A stretch of DNA of 64,000 nt from an uncultured delta proteobacterium (GCA_963727625.1 CAVSHR010000009.1:64001-128000), one strand, 5' to 3'. Positions 1-12,239 are shown, numbered from the stretch's first letter. The notes: generated by a model from the letters alone, not told the origin. Translations and numbers: made by a program.

Positions 1-1
1 C

Positions 2-1996
2 AACCGCAAAGAAAACCGCGAGCTGGTGGAATTGCCTTCTAAGCACGTCGACACCGGCATGGGCTTGGAGCGCATCACCGCCGTCTTGCAAAAAGTCTTA
101 TCGAACTACGATATCGATTACCTGCGCGAGCTCACCGCGAGCACCGAAAGACTCACCGGCAAAAAGTATGGCGCCAATTCGGCGGAGGATATTTCTTTTC
201 GCGTGATCGACGATCACGCCCGGGCGGTGAGTTTCTTGATCGCCGACGGTGTCATGCCAAGCAACGAAGGGCGCGGCTATGTCTTGCGCCGGCTCTTGCG
301 CCGCGCCGCGCGCCATGGACGGTTAATCGGTTTGCAACAGCCGTTCCTGCATGAAGTCGCCAAGACCGTGGCGGCGGTGATGGGCGACGCCTATCCGGAG
401 CTACGCAAGGAAGAACAGCGGGTTCGCGACGTGATTCGCATCGAAGAGGAACGTTTTGGCGAAACCCTGGAAAAGGGACTAACGCTGCTCGAAGAGGCCA
501 CCGCAAAACTTCGGGCGGAGAAAAAAAATATACTTCCCGGCGAAGTTGCCTTCCGTCTTTATGACACATTCGGCTTTCCACTCGATCTGACCGAAGACAT
601 CCTGCGCGGCGAATCCATAGGCGTCGACCAGGCGGGCTTCGAGAAACTGATGGAAGAGCAGCGGACACGAGGTCGTGACGCGCGCGACACTAGCAGTATG
701 GAATCGAAGATTCAGCTCGATCGCCAGGTGTGTTTCATCGGCTATAATCACCTCGACGGTGAGTCGTCAGTTCTTGCGATATACGGCAATGGCAACGGTA
801 AACACGAAGCCGTCGAAGGCGATGAAATCGATTTGCTCACCGCCGAAACTCCTTTTTATGGTGAGTCCGGCGGCCAAGTCGGCGACCGCGGCACGATCAT
901 CACGTCCCGCGGCGACGTCATCGAAGTCATCGACACACAACATCCGACGCCGCAACTCACCGCCCATCGCGCCAGAGTCAAAAAAGGCCGGGTTCAGATC
1001 GGCGACAATGTTCGCCTAATCGTCGACCCTAAGCACCGGCAAAGAACCAAGCTCAACCACTCGGCTACGCACATTTTGCACGCGGTCCTGCGCCGGGAAT
1101 TGGGACAGCAGGTGCGCCAGGCGGGCTCCCTGGTAACTCCCGAGCGGTTGCGCTTCGACTTTAGCCATACCGGCGCGATCGCCGACGAAAAGCTTGCGTC
1201 GATCGAAGTCGAAGTCAATCAGCATATTCGCGAGGATGCGGGTGTTTCCATTGAGGAGTTGAGCTACGACGAGGCGATTCACCGCGGCGCCCTCGCTTTC
1301 TTCGGCGACAAATACGGAGATCGCGTGCGCGTCGTTAAGATCGGCAATTTTTCCACCGAGCTATGCGGCGGAACCCATGTGCAGGCTTCCGGCGAAATCG
1401 GGTTATTCAAGCTCCATTCCGAGGGCGGCGTTGCCGCGGGCGTGCGTCGCGTCGAAGCTTTTACCGGTGAAGGCGCCCTGGATCTAATTCACAATTACGA
1501 ACAACGGCTCAAGGAAATCGGCAACCTGGTGCGCGGCAGCGCCGCTGACGCCGTGGATAAAGTCAAGAAACTGCTCGAGCGTCAAAAAGAGCTCGAGAAG
1601 GAAATCGACAAATTGCGCGGTCAGCTTGAGAAAGACCGGATTCCCGAACTGCTCGCCAGGCAGCGTTCCGTCGACGGCGCCAACGTTTTGGTCAGCCGGG
1701 TCGACGGCGTCGACGGCAAGCAACTGCGCGACCTCGCGGATCAGCTCAAGGAAAAACTCGGCGCGGCCGTCATCGTCCTGCTCAGCGCGGGGGAAGCCAA
1801 CGTCAATCTAGTCGCCTCGGTCAGCAATGAACTCACCAAGCGCTATCACGCAGGCAACATAATCAAAGAGCTCGCCGGGATAGTTGGCGGTGGGGGCGGC
1901 GGGCGACCCGACTTCGCCCAGGCAGGCGGCAGTGACCCAGCCAAGATCGATGCGGCGCTCCAGCGCGCCGAAGAAATGTTTCGCCAGGCCAAATGA
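2..1996 (+). CDS. alaS: Alanine--tRNA ligase, 5'-truncated by the window edge
   Basis: DTGMGLERI, GRGYVLRRLLRRA, HSATHILH, ELCGGTH and C-terminal GGGGGRPDFAQAGG motifs; frame is open from position 2. Confidence 0.98.
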   Translation, partial: NRKENRELVELPSKHVDTGMGLERITAVLQKVLSNYDIDYLRELTASTERLTGKKYGANSAEDISFRVIDDHARAVSFLIADGVMPSNEGRGYVLRRLLRRAARHGRLIGLQQPFLHEVAKTVAAVMGDAYPELRKEEQRVRDVIRIEEERFGETLEKGLTLLEEATAKLRAEKKNILPGEVAFRLYDTFGFPLDLTEDILRGESIGVDQAGFEKLMEEQRTRGRDARDTSSMESKIQLDRQVCFIGYNHLDGESSVLAIYGNGNGKHEAVEGDEIDLLTAETPFYGESGGQVGDRGTIITSRGDVIEVIDTQHPTPQLTAHRARVKKGRVQIGDNVRLIVDPKHRQRTKLNHSATHILHAVLRRELGQQVRQAGSLVTPERLRFDFSHTGAIADEKLASIEVEVNQHIREDAGVSIEELSYDEAIHRGALAFFGDKYGDRVRVVKIGNFSTELCGGTHVQASGEIGLFKLHSEGGVAAGVRRVEAFTGEGALDLIHNYEQRLKEIGNLVRGSAADAVDKVKKLLERQKELEKEIDKLRGQLEKDRIPELLARQRSVDGANVLVSRVDGVDGKQLRDLADQLKEKLGAAVIVLLSAGEANVNLVASVSNELTKRYHAGNIIKELAGIVGGGGGGRPDFAQAGGSDPAKIDAALQRAEEMFRQAK

Positions 1997-2095
1997 ACTC
2001 GGAACCTCGCGCTAATCTTGTCAATTGCCACGGTTTCTCTGCACGAGAGACTCAACGTGGATAGGCTCGGCAGTTTCTAGGAACACTGAGTAAGC

Positions 2096-2527
2096 GTGTT
2101 AACGATCCGCGCCAAGAAAATCATCGAAAAGACCTCCGGGTTCTGCGATATCATTGACATAACGCCCAAGGTTCGCGCGCATATCGAGAAACGAAGAAAA
2201 TTCGCAGCGGATTGGTCATGCTCTTCGTTTCCGGTTCCACTGCGGCGCTCACGACCATTGAATACGAGCCGGGGCTGATCCAGGATTTAAAGGAGTTCGT
2301 CGAGCAGCAAATTCCGTCCAACCGTCGCTATCATCACGACGACCGCTGGGGCGACGATAACGGTTTCTCTCACCTGCGCGCCTCGCTTTTCGGTCCGTCG
2401 ATAACCATTCCGATCGAGAACGGTCGTCGCAAGCTTAGGCACCTGGCAACAAGTGATCCTGCTCGATTTTGACAATCGCCCGCGCACGCGGGAAATCATC
2501 GTCCAGCTTATAGGAGAAAGCGAGTGA
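2096..2527 (+). pseudogene. yjbQ: YjbQ/UPF0047 family protein split by two frameshifts (~2190, ~2434)
   Basis: Three frames join to give DIIDIT...GSTAALTTIEYEPGL...NGFSHLRASLFGPS...LGTWQQVILLDFDNRPRTREIIVQ; TGA at 2525-2527 overlaps the phoH GTG; may be an assembly artefact. Confidence 0.85.
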
Positions 2528-3549
2528 AAGACGAAAAGAAGCAAAGCGCCGGTGTCGTCACCCAGGTGGGCGTCAACTTTCTCGAATTCAATGATCCGCG
2601 GCTGTTTCGCGATCTGTTGGGGCAGCATGATCAGCATATAAAAATCATCCAACAAACCTTGCAGGTGAAGATTCGCGTGCGCGGCTCGGGAATAGAGATC
2701 GAAGGCGATCCGCTGCAAGTGGAGCTCGCCAGCCAAATTCTGCGCCAACTCTACGGCCTGTTGGAGAAGGGTTATCCGGTTTACGCCAGCGACGTTGACT
2801 ACGCGATTCGCATTTTGAGCGCCGACTCGCGCGCTCGCTTGCAGGAAATCTTTCTCGATACGATTTATATTTCGGCGCACAAGCGCACGATCACGCCGAA
2901 AAGCATCGCGCAGAAAGCCTACATCGACGCGATCCGCCGCTACGACATCGTGTTCGGCATCGGTCCCGCCGGCACCGGCAAAACCTATCTCGCCATGGCG
3001 ATGGCGGTCGCTGAGCTGATGAAGAATAATTACGTGCGTATCATTCTGACTCGGCCGGCAGTTGAAGCGGGTGAGAAACTGGGTTTCTTGCCCGGCGATT
3101 TGGCTGAGAAGGTCAATCCTTACTTACGCCCGCTTTACGATGCATTGCACGATATGGTCGACTTTGACCGCGCCCGCAAGCTGGTCGAACGGGGCACCAT
3201 CGAGGTAGCGCCGTTGGCGTTTATGCGCGGCAGGACTTTGAACGACTCTTTCGTGATTCTCGACGAGGCGCAGAACACCACGCCTGAACAGATGAAGATG
3301 TTTCTGACCCGGCTCGGTTACGGTTCGAAAGCGGTGATCACCGGCGACGCCACACAGATCGATTTGCCGGCCGGCAAGCTTTCCGGATTGAAAGAGGCGT
3401 CGCGCATTCTCAAAGGCGTGCAGGGCATCCGCTTCATTCCGTTCACCGAAAAAGACGTCGCGCGCCACCACCTGGTGCAGGAGATCATCACCGCGTACGA
3501 ACGGGACGAGAATCAGTCGAGCGTGCGGGATTTCCCGGAAAAAATCTGA
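2524..3549 (+). CDS. phoH: PhoH-family ATPase
   Basis: GPAGTGKTYLA, RPAVEAGEKLGFLPGD, FMRGRTL, DEAQN motifs. Confidence 0.95.
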   Translation: MKDEKKQSAGVVTQVGVNFLEFNDPRLFRDLLGQHDQHIKIIQQTLQVKIRVRGSGIEIEGDPLQVELASQILRQLYGLLEKGYPVYASDVDYAIRILSADSRARLQEIFLDTIYISAHKRTITPKSIAQKAYIDAIRRYDIVFGIGPAGTGKTYLAMAMAVAELMKNNYVRIILTRPAVEAGEKLGFLPGDLAEKVNPYLRPLYDALHDMVDFDRARKLVERGTIEVAPLAFMRGRTLNDSFVILDEAQNTTPEQMKMFLTRLGYGSKAVITGDATQIDLPAGKLSGLKEASRILKGVQGIRFIPFTEKDVARHHLVQEIITAYERDENQSSVRDFPEKI

Positions 3550-3591
3550 ATCGGAACTTTCAACCCCGCCGGCTGGAGCGGTCGCCGCGGT

Positions 3592-4728
3592 TTATTGAAC
3601 CGCCTCCAGCGTCACCTTAGTCTGCACGGTTCGGCCGTCGCGCAACATGGAAATAGTCACCGCGTCGCCGACTTTGTATTTTTCCAAAAGTAAATATAGA
3701 TCGTTCGGCGATTCAACTTTTTTACCGTCGATGGCGATGATGATATCGCCCAGACGCAAGCGTCCATCGGAATCGCGTCGAGTCGGCCGAATTCCCGTCC
3801 GTGCCGCCGCGCTGCCCCTTACGACATCGACCACCAACACGCCGGTCACGCCGAGTCTCTGGGCTATCTGTTCGTCGGCGATTTGAATGCCCATTCCCGG
3901 CCGTGTGATTTTGCCGCTGCGAATTAGCTCCGGCACGATGCGATTAACGGTGTCCACCGGTATCGCAAAGCCGATACCCGCCGAGGCGCCGGATGGGCTG
4001 TAGATTGCCGTATTGACACCGATCAATCGACCAGCGCTGTCCAGCAGCGGACCGCCGGAGTTTCCCGGGTTGATCGCCGCGTCGGACTGAATCACGCCTT
4101 GAATTGGCCGGCGCGTGACCGATTCAATCTCGCGGTTGAGCGCGCTGATCACCCCGGTTGTCAGAGTTTGATCCAGGCCGAAGGGATTGCCGATGGCGAA
4201 AACACTCTGTCCCACCTGCAAATTTTTCGACGTGCCGATGGGTATCGGATGCAGCCGGTTGGCCGGCGCGTCAATGCGCAGCACGGCGAGATCTTTGTCC
4301 GGCGCCGCGCCGACCACGCGCGCTTTCCAGTTGGATTGGTCGGCCAAGGTGACCTGTGCGGCGTCGGCATTTTGGATCACATGAAAATTGGTAATGACAT
4401 TGCCGCGGGTATCCCACACAAATCCGGAGCCGGTACCCTGGGGAATTTGATAGAGGTTTAGGGTGAAGAGATCACGTTCTACGCCGATCGCCGTGATGTT
4501 CACCACCGCAGGAGAGGCTTGCCGAAACAAAGCGATGGTGGATCTTTCGTCCGATAGAAGCTCCCCCCTAGGCATCACGGCCCGAGGCGCCGCGCGAGGA
4601 TCGTTAAGAGCCGCACCACCAACCCAGGAATCACGAATCAACAGGAAACTGATTACGGCAAGAGCAACGACTGCACAGATGTGAGTCCAAACTGAGCGCC
4701 GCCCCGCCGCTGGGTCCGTTGTCGACAT
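3592..4728 (-). CDS. HtrA/DegP-like serine protease with one PDZ domain
   Basis: N-terminal TM, GSGF, TNFHV, DAAINPGNSGGPL, C-terminal PDZ; ATG at 4728 chosen. Confidence 0.93.
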   Translation of the reverse strand: MSTTDPAAGRRSVWTHICAVVALAVISFLLIRDSWVGGAALNDPRAAPRAVMPRGELLSDERSTIALFRQASPAVVNITAIGVERDLFTLNLYQIPQGTGSGFVWDTRGNVITNFHVIQNADAAQVTLADQSNWKARVVGAAPDKDLAVLRIDAPANRLHPIPIGTSKNLQVGQSVFAIGNPFGLDQTLTTGVISALNREIESVTRRPIQGVIQSDAAINPGNSGGPLLDSAGRLIGVNTAIYSPSGASAGIGFAIPVDTVNRIVPELIRSGKITRPGMGIQIADEQIAQRLGVTGVLVVDVVRGSAAARTGIRPTRRDSDGRLRLGDIIIAIDGKKVESPNDLYLLLEKYKVGDAVTISMLRDGRTVQTKVTLEAVQ

Positions 4729-5415
4729 GAATATTATCCTCTGCCGTGCAGCCAACACGCAAAATTTGAAAACAATTTAAACGCATCCGTTGGGCGCCTG
4801 TTTGTTCATAACACAATTCGGAGCCCAAATTCCAAAGCCGTTCTTAGCCGCACCCAACTAACATTGCACGTTCGTGCGCGTCCAACACCCAGAACTAACA
4901 TTCGAGAGATCGGAAACAATCCAAACTTCCGAGTGCCCGAACACGGGAAAGTAAAACCACGACGCCCGGAGTAGCAGCGAAAAAAATAATTGAAAATTGC
5001 GGGGTACGCTTCTTAAAGGCGTTAGCAGGGCATCGCACCTGGGAGACTGTACGGCGCGGGCAAGCGCGGCGATAGCTGTGAACACCACGCTCGCGTTTTA
5101 AACAACTTGAATTCTCTTTCTCTGATATCACCCTCGCTCAGTTTTGGGTCGCGCTATCGTTAAAACGCCACTATCGTAGCCGGCAGTTAGCCGATCACGA
5201 TCAATCTCGAATGGCGACGTTATCGCCTAGCGATAGCGGCATCGTACGACTCGTATTTCGCGTAGCCTCGGCAGCGGCGGGCGACGCGTCATCAACCTTT
5301 TGGCGCGGTTGCTCCATCGACCCTTTGCAAGTGTCGTTGGAAGCAAATCCGCCATGTTGTTTCGCCTCCCTTAATTTCGATTTCTTCACGGAAAGCCAGA
5401 CAAAGAATGAGTTTC

Positions 5416-5817
5416 TCAAACTACGTGAATATCGATTTTTCTCGGTTTGGCTTCTTCGGCCTTGGGTAAATTTAAGGTGAGCACGCCGTTTTTGAGCTCC
5501 GCCGATATTTTTGCTTGATCGACTCTTTCGCTCAGTTCGAACTGCCGAAAAAAATTAACCAGATCATATTCCCGGTAGACCAGTTCCCCGGTCGCGGAAT
5601 GCGTCCCTTTGCCTCGAATCGTCAACAAATTGTTTTCGACGCGCACATCCAGGCCGTCTTTGGCGACTCCGGGTAAATCCGCCTTTACCACAAGACCTTC
5701 GGGAGTTTCGTAGATATCGACCGGCGGCGTCACAGCCCGTTCTTGGCTGCGGGTCACCTCCCGGCCGGCAGGTTCTTTCTCTTGCGGATATTCCGGCACG
5801 GTTTTTTCTGCCATCAT
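5416..5817 (-). CDS. Hsp20/alpha-crystallin small heat shock protein
   Basis: PPVDIYET, DLPGV, FFRQFEL, NGVLTLNLPK. Confidence 0.95.
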   Translation of the reverse strand: MMAEKTVPEYPQEKEPAGREVTRSQERAVTPPVDIYETPEGLVVKADLPGVAKDGLDVRVENNLLTIRGKGTHSATGELVYREYDLVNFFRQFELSERVDQAKISAELKNGVLTLNLPKAEEAKPRKIDIHVV

Positions 5818-5840
5818 GGTTCTCTCCTTCGCGGGGCTGG

Positions 5841-6299
5841 TTACGCTACTTTGACGGTAACTTGACGCGGCTTGGCTTTTTCCGCCTTTGGTAAGGTAAT
5901 CCTCAATAGTCCATTTTTATATTCGGCTTGAATCCGCTCATCATTGACTTCGACCGGTAGCTCGAAAGTTCGCACGAACTTGCCGCTCGAACGCTCGCTT
6001 CTGTGAAAGGCTTCCGGTTTCACGTCGGCCGAAATACGACTTTTCTCTCCCGATAAAGTGAGTCGGCTTTGCATTACCGTAACGTTAAACGATTGCGGAT
6101 CCACACCGGGAGTGAGCGCTTCGACGTACAAATTGTCTTTGTCCTCGAGCAAATTCACCAATGGATAACGTCGCGGCCCGCGGCCTGGTAAGAAGGCAAC
6201 TCGGTGCGAAGGCCCCTCCGCCAAAGTAAATTCGTCAAAGGCTTTATCGATGTCGCGCCGTAATTGGTCCATGTCTGCAAACGCGTTCCATTGTGCCAT
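5841..6299 (-). CDS. Hsp20/alpha-crystallin small heat shock protein
   Basis: YPLVNL, PGVD, ERSSGKFVRTFELP, NGLLRITLPK; GGAGG RBS. Confidence 0.95.
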   Translation of the reverse strand: MAQWNAFADMDQLRRDIDKAFDEFTLAEGPSHRVAFLPGRGPRRYPLVNLLEDKDNLYVEALTPGVDPQSFNVTVMQSRLTLSGEKSRISADVKPEAFHRSERSSGKFVRTFELPVEVNDERIQAEYKNGLLRITLPKAEKAKPRQVTVKVA

Positions 6300-6343
6300 G
6301 ATAATCTACCTCCGAGTGTTTTAGGACGCCGTCTCTTCTTGCG

Positions 6344-6372
6344 AAGTTAGTCACGCTTCAGCGCTTGTCAAG
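6344..6372 (-). promoter_or_regulatory. Candidate heat-shock promoter of the Hsp20 pair
   Basis: Minus strand CTTGACA-N16-TAACTT. Confidence 0.55.
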
Positions 6373-6592
6373 GGTGAGCGCAACACGCCGCCCGCCGCGC
6401 GAATGGGCCGTTTGCCTCATTTACTCGACGACAAAAGCAATTTTCTGACAGGGGAAATTGTCGAGAGAGCACGGGACGTCAAATTCGGTGCTTTCCAACA
6501 TTGGGGGCAAGCACAAATCGCTAGAAAAGTTTTCCGCTAGTGAAATTACAATGGATCAAATGGTCTCTTCAATTTGCCGCCAACCGTTTGCA

Positions 6593-6880
6593 TTAAAAGC
6601 GTCGCCCGAGCCGGCGCAAGAAGACGACCTGTTCCCGCCGCAGGTTGATCAACTGGTCGCGCATATGCAGGGCGACCTCGACCCCCGCCAGATTGACGCC
6701 TAATTCATTGACGAGAACCTGCGCCACGCGAATCCGATCGACTTGCTCGACTGGATAGAGTTTCAAGCGGCGGCGCTTGATCGATTGAATCACATGCTCA
6801 CGCTCGAGGTAGCGGACGAATTCCTCACTCACATCACAGACCTCGATCACCTCGGTCATGCGAAAATATTTTTTCACCAT
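6593..6880 (-). CDS. MerR-type HTH protein, HspR/CbpM-like
   Basis: Directly downstream of dnaJ; LGVNLAGVEVAL motif. Confidence 0.8.
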   Translation of the reverse strand: MVKKYFRMTEVIEVCDVSEEFVRYLEREHVIQSIKRRRLKLYPVEQVDRIRVAQVLVNELGVNLAGVEVALHMRDQLINLRREQVVFLRRLGRRF

Positions 6881-6894
6881 CGTTTAGTCTCGTT

Positions 6895-8025
6895 TCACAA
6901 GGCTATGTCCTTGCGAATATCCTCACCGTAAGCTTGCTCGACTCGCTCGAGATTTTCGTCTGGAATCGCGCCCTTGGGAACACGCACCATCAGACGCAAA
7001 TAAAGATCTCCCGCGGGGCTACGGCCCCGCCCCTGCACGCCCTTCCCTTTAACCCGGAGCGATTGGCCGCTCTGCGCACCCGCTGGAATTTTTACTTGGA
7101 CGGCACCTATCGGCGTCGGTACCCTGATCGATGCCCCACGCACAGCCTCGCCGACGGTAATCGGCAATTCCATGGTAAGATCGTTTTTAGTGCGGCTGAA
7201 TAACGCATGAGACCGCACCCGAGGCATCAAGTAAAGATCACCAGGCAGACCGCCGCGAACGCCGCTGGCGCCTTTACCTGGAACCCGAATTCGTTTGCCC
7301 GTCTCCGCACCGGGAGGAATATTGACTCGGACGTTTTCCGTACGCACGACGCGTCCAGCGCCACGGCAATTTGCGCATGGGCTACCGGCTAGTTTACCGC
7401 TGCCGTGACACCTCGGGCAGGTCTGGCGTAAGCTAACGGATCCCTGGCGGATTTCTTTCCAGCCCGTACCGAGGCATTCGCCGCATTGTTTTGATCCGGC
7501 CTCCGCTTTCGATCCAGTGCCGCCGCAGAGATCACATGGGACCGGCCGCTGGATCTGTAAATTTGTCTGAAAACCGCGAACGGCGTTGAGAAAATCAATT
7601 TCGATTGCCGTCTCAATATCCTCGCCGCGCCGAACCGATTCTTCCGCAAACGGCCCGCTGCCGCCGAACAAATCTTCGAATCCGCCAAAACCAAAAAAGT
7701 CGTCGGGGCGTCCTTGCGCGAATCTGGAACCGCCGCCGGTTTGCGCCGATTGCTCTTGCCATCTTTGATAGGCCCTGGCCTTTTCCGGATCAAATCCCGG
7801 ACTCAGCCCTTCTTCGCCGAATTCGTCGAAGCGCTTGCGTTTCTCCGCGTCGCCCAAAACTTCGTAGGCTGACGAGATTTCTTTGAATTTCTCTTCGGCG
7901 CTCCGATCGCCGGGATTGATATCGGGATGATAGCGGCGCGCGAGTTTTCGGTAGGCGTCGCGAATTTCGTCCGCGCTGGCCGATCTCTCGACGCCGAGAA
8001 TTTTGTAGTAATCCTTGCGTTCCAT
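6895..8025 (-). CDS. dnaJ: DnaJ chaperone (J domain, four CxxCxGxG repeats, C-terminal domain)
   Basis: DYYKILG, HPD, CDLCGGTG/CGECLGTG/CPRCHGSG/CANCRGAG. Confidence 0.93.
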   Translation of the reverse strand: MERKDYYKILGVERSASADEIRDAYRKLARRYHPDINPGDRSAEEKFKEISSAYEVLGDAEKRKRFDEFGEEGLSPGFDPEKARAYQRWQEQSAQTGGGSRFAQGRPDDFFGFGGFEDLFGGSGPFAEESVRRGEDIETAIEIDFLNAVRGFQTNLQIQRPVPCDLCGGTGSKAEAGSKQCGECLGTGWKEIRQGSVSLRQTCPRCHGSGKLAGSPCANCRGAGRVVRTENVRVNIPPGAETGKRIRVPGKGASGVRGGLPGDLYLMPRVRSHALFSRTKNDLTMELPITVGEAVRGASIRVPTPIGAVQVKIPAGAQSGQSLRVKGKGVQGRGRSPAGDLYLRLMVRVPKGAIPDENLERVEQAYGEDIRKDIAL

Positions 8026-8159
8026 TACGCCTCATCGCGCGAATAAAAACGGGACATTCACGCTTTCTTGCTTTGCGCCTCGCTAGAGTTCTGCGGCACC
8101 GGCGAAGAGCATACAGTTCCCTAAACCCCTGCCGGATACAAATTTACTTAATATATTTC

Positions 8160-8231
8160 AATTTGGGTTTGTTGACCCCTCTTGTCAAGCTGCTGCGCTG
8201 GCTTGACAGGCGATAGAACCGTACTTAACTT
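8160..8231. promoter_or_regulatory. Back-to-back divergent promoters for dnaJ and hsp20
   Basis: Minus strand CTTGACA-N17-CAAATT (8189-8160); plus strand CTTGACA-N17-TAACTT (8202-8231). Confidence 0.55.
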
Positions 8232-8269
8232 TTCTCTAGTCAGTCAAATTCCTGAAAGGAGGAACATTT

Positions 8270-8716
8270 ATGGATTTAGTAAGATGGGAACCGTTTGAGG
8301 GTTTGAATCGAATTCCGTCGCGCATCAACGATTTATTCGACGATACCTTCGGCCGGTCGCGGACTCTGCCAAATTCTGCCAATGGGGTGTGGTTTCCTCC
8401 TGTAGACATACTGGAGAGCAAAGATTCCTACCTCATTCGCGCGGAGCTTCCGGGAATGAAAAAGGAAAACTTTAACCTGGAAGTCAAAGACGGCACGCTG
8501 ACCCTCAGCGGTGAAAGAAAGTCCGAAGAAGCAGCCAATGGCGTCGAGTATCATCGGGTGGAGCGAGTTACCGGAAAGTTTGTCCGGTCGTTCTATCTAC
8601 CGCAGACGGTAAAAAGCGACGACATCAAGGCGACCTATCGTGACGGTATTCTCGCGGTTCACGTGCCTAAGGCCGAGGAGGCTAAACCGAAGCAGATCGC
8701 GATCAACGTTCATTAA
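8270..8716 (+). CDS. Hsp20/alpha-crystallin small heat shock protein
   Basis: WFPPVDI, ELPGM, ERVTGKFVRSFYLP, DGILAVHVPK; AGGAGG RBS. Confidence 0.96.
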   Translation: MDLVRWEPFEGLNRIPSRINDLFDDTFGRSRTLPNSANGVWFPPVDILESKDSYLIRAELPGMKKENFNLEVKDGTLTLSGERKSEEAANGVEYHRVERVTGKFVRSFYLPQTVKSDDIKATYRDGILAVHVPKAEEAKPKQIAINVH

Positions 8717-8740
8717 TACCTTGGGGAATCGTGGGTAAGA

Positions 8741-8782
8741 ACTGACAAGGGAAAGCCTTCAAGCTTCCTCTTGTCGGTTTTA
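8741..8782 (+). terminator. Probable intrinsic terminator after hsp20
   Basis: Imperfect stem GACAAGGG...CTCTTGTC followed by GGTTTT. Confidence 0.5.
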
Positions 8783-8965
8783 TGCTAGCGTTATTATTGC
8801 GCGCGCCGGCGCGCAGATTAGGTGATGCCCCCCGGTCAGCTCGTTGTCTCTCCTTATCACCGATCGAAAACGCGCGTCGCTACTATTTCAATGGGCGAAG
8901 ACGACATTGACGTCAGCTCTGAATTGGCGGCCTGCTCTCTCCATCAGTAGACTTTCACCCGGCCA

Positions 8966-8998
8966 TAAAAAAGGCGCCTGATTGCTCAGGCGCCTTTT
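8966..8998 (-). terminator. Rho-independent terminator of groESL
   Basis: AAAAGGCGCCTGA-TTGC-TCAGGCGCCTTTT perfect hairpin with a T-run on the minus strand. Confidence 0.85.
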
Positions 8999-9023
8999 GG
9001 GTTAGCGGTCTTTGCAGGACGAT

Positions 9024-10661
<1,638 letters not shown>

Positions 10662-10952
10662 TTATTCGACAACGCCGAGGATGTCATCCTCGCGCATGAT
10701 CAGATGCTCCACACCATCCAGTTTGATCTCCGTGCCGGAATATTTGCCAAAAAGTATCTTATCGCCGCTCTTCACACCGAGAGGAATGAGTTTGCCATCT
10801 TCATATTTGCCCGGACCGACCGCGATAACTTTGCCCTCTTGCGGCTTCTCTTTCGCCGTATCCGGGATAATGATACCTCCCTTGGTTTTTTCCTCTTCCT
10901 CGATTCGCTTCACGATCACCCTATCATGTAGGGGACGAATTTTTGTCGCCAT
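10662..10952 (-). CDS. groES: Co-chaperonin GroES
   Basis: [21 protein letters not shown]; ATG at 10952 after AGGAGG. Confidence 0.98.
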   Translation of the reverse strand: MATKIRPLHDRVIVKRIEEEEKTKGGIIIPDTAKEKPQEGKVIAVGPGKYEDGKLIPLGVKSGDKILFGKYSGTEIKLDGVEHLIMREDDILGVVE

Positions 10953-11012
10953 AAAACCCCTCCTGAAATAAAACGTAGATTTAGATTCCTGCAAAACAGG
11001 TTAGATGCGGCA

Positions 11013-11041
11013 AATTTAATCTTGCATCTGAAATCGTCAAG
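11013..11041 (-). promoter_or_regulatory. Candidate groESL promoter
   Basis: Minus strand CTTGACG-N16-TAAATT. Confidence 0.55.
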
Positions 11042-11079
11042 GGGGGAATAGCAAAAATCTGAACTTTTTTTTGAGCAGC

Positions 11080-11457
11080 AGCTCTGAATTAGGGTCGGCA
11101 TGGAGCAGCGCGAGGGTTGGTATGAAGACTACATGTCTCGGACCCGCTATTTCGTTTAACATCGGCCCCCAAGAAGGCATAAAATTCGATTTTTCCACCG
11201 TGCCGCCACCCTTAGAAATGATGTCCAGGAGGAACTGATCGGAATGCTTATTCATGATCGCCCCATTGCTGTGGTCGGTCGGCGCGACCGGCAGCGAAGC
11301 AGCCGCCTGCCGTCGCCGTTGCCTCGCTCCCCTTGGCAGGTCAAAAGTGGGTCGCATAGAGCAATCTTCCCTACGCCTGATTTTGTCCCCAGCTGACTGA
11401 GCCAGTAGCGATGACTGCCAATATCCAAAGCCCCGGCGTAAAAGGAGCTCATTTCAT
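11080..11457 (-). pseudogene. Degenerate class I cytochrome c gene
   Basis: Frameshifted pieces TCQGERGNGDG / AAASLPVAPTDHSNGAIMNKHSDQFLLDIISKGG...MPSWG resemble monoheme cytochrome c with a decayed CxxCH. Confidence 0.65.
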
Positions 11458-11618
11458 CGCAGGGTTGTCGCCTGCCGTATCGCTATCTTCGCTATTGGCT
11501 ATCAGTCATTTAGCAAAACTGACAGAGCCGTCAAACACCAAATTTAGCAGTCTAGGCATTCTCCCCAAAGGGTGATAAGCAACACGAGCGATATTCATCG
11601 CAATTGAGGGGGCCGACC

Positions 11619-12239
11619 ATGATCAAGATCTGGGGCAGAACGGATTCGTCCAACGTGCAGAAAGTATTGTGGTGCTGCGGCGAGCTTCGCATTGAGTTCG
11701 AAAGACTGGATTGGGGCGGGAAGTTCGGTGGGAACAAGGACCGGGATTATCTAGCCATGAACCCGAACGGCCTGGTGCCGACGCTTAGGGACGGCGACTT
11801 TGTCCTTTGGGAGTCGAACAGCATCTTGCGCTATCTCAACGCCAAATACGGCGCTGGCAAGCTGCTTCCCTCGACCCCCGAGGGAATGGCCAACGCCAAC
11901 CGCTGGATGGACTGGCAACTTTCTATTTTTAATGGCGTCATCGTGCCGCTATTCTGGAACTTGATTCGGACTCCCGAGGACAAGCGTGACCCCAAAGCCG
12001 TACGAGGCTCCCTAGAGAAAACGGTCAAGGCCTGGCAGACGGTCGAGGACCAACTGGGAAAACACCGCTATCTCGGCGGTGAAGAATTTTCCCTGGGTGA
12101 TATCCCGCTCGGCGTCTGGGCCTATCGTTGGTTTAACTTGCCGATCGAGCGACCCGACTTTCCGAAAATCAACGACTGGTACGAGCGCCTCAAACAGCGC
12201 AAGCCCTACCAGACGCATGTCATGATCCCGTTGTCTTAA
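11619..12239 (+). CDS. Glutathione S-transferase family protein (GstB-like)
   Basis: IWGRTDSSNVQKVLW, NPNGLVPTL, WESNSILRYL. Confidence 0.92.
   Translation: MIKIWGRTDSSNVQKVLWCCGELRIEFERLDWGGKFGGNKDRDYLAMNPNGLVPTLRDGDFVLWESNSILRYLNAKYGAGKLLPSTPEGMANANRWMDWQLSIFNGVIVPLFWNLIRTPEDKRDPKAVRGSLEKTVKAWQTVEDQLGKHRYLGGEEFSLGDIPLGVWAYRWFNLPIERPDFPKINDWYERLKQRKPYQTHVMIPLS

Noticed and set aside
4830-5400. Long intergenic region between htrA and hsp20 as a riboswitch or ncRNA
   Set aside because: No recognisable family motif by eye; an Rfam search would be needed.
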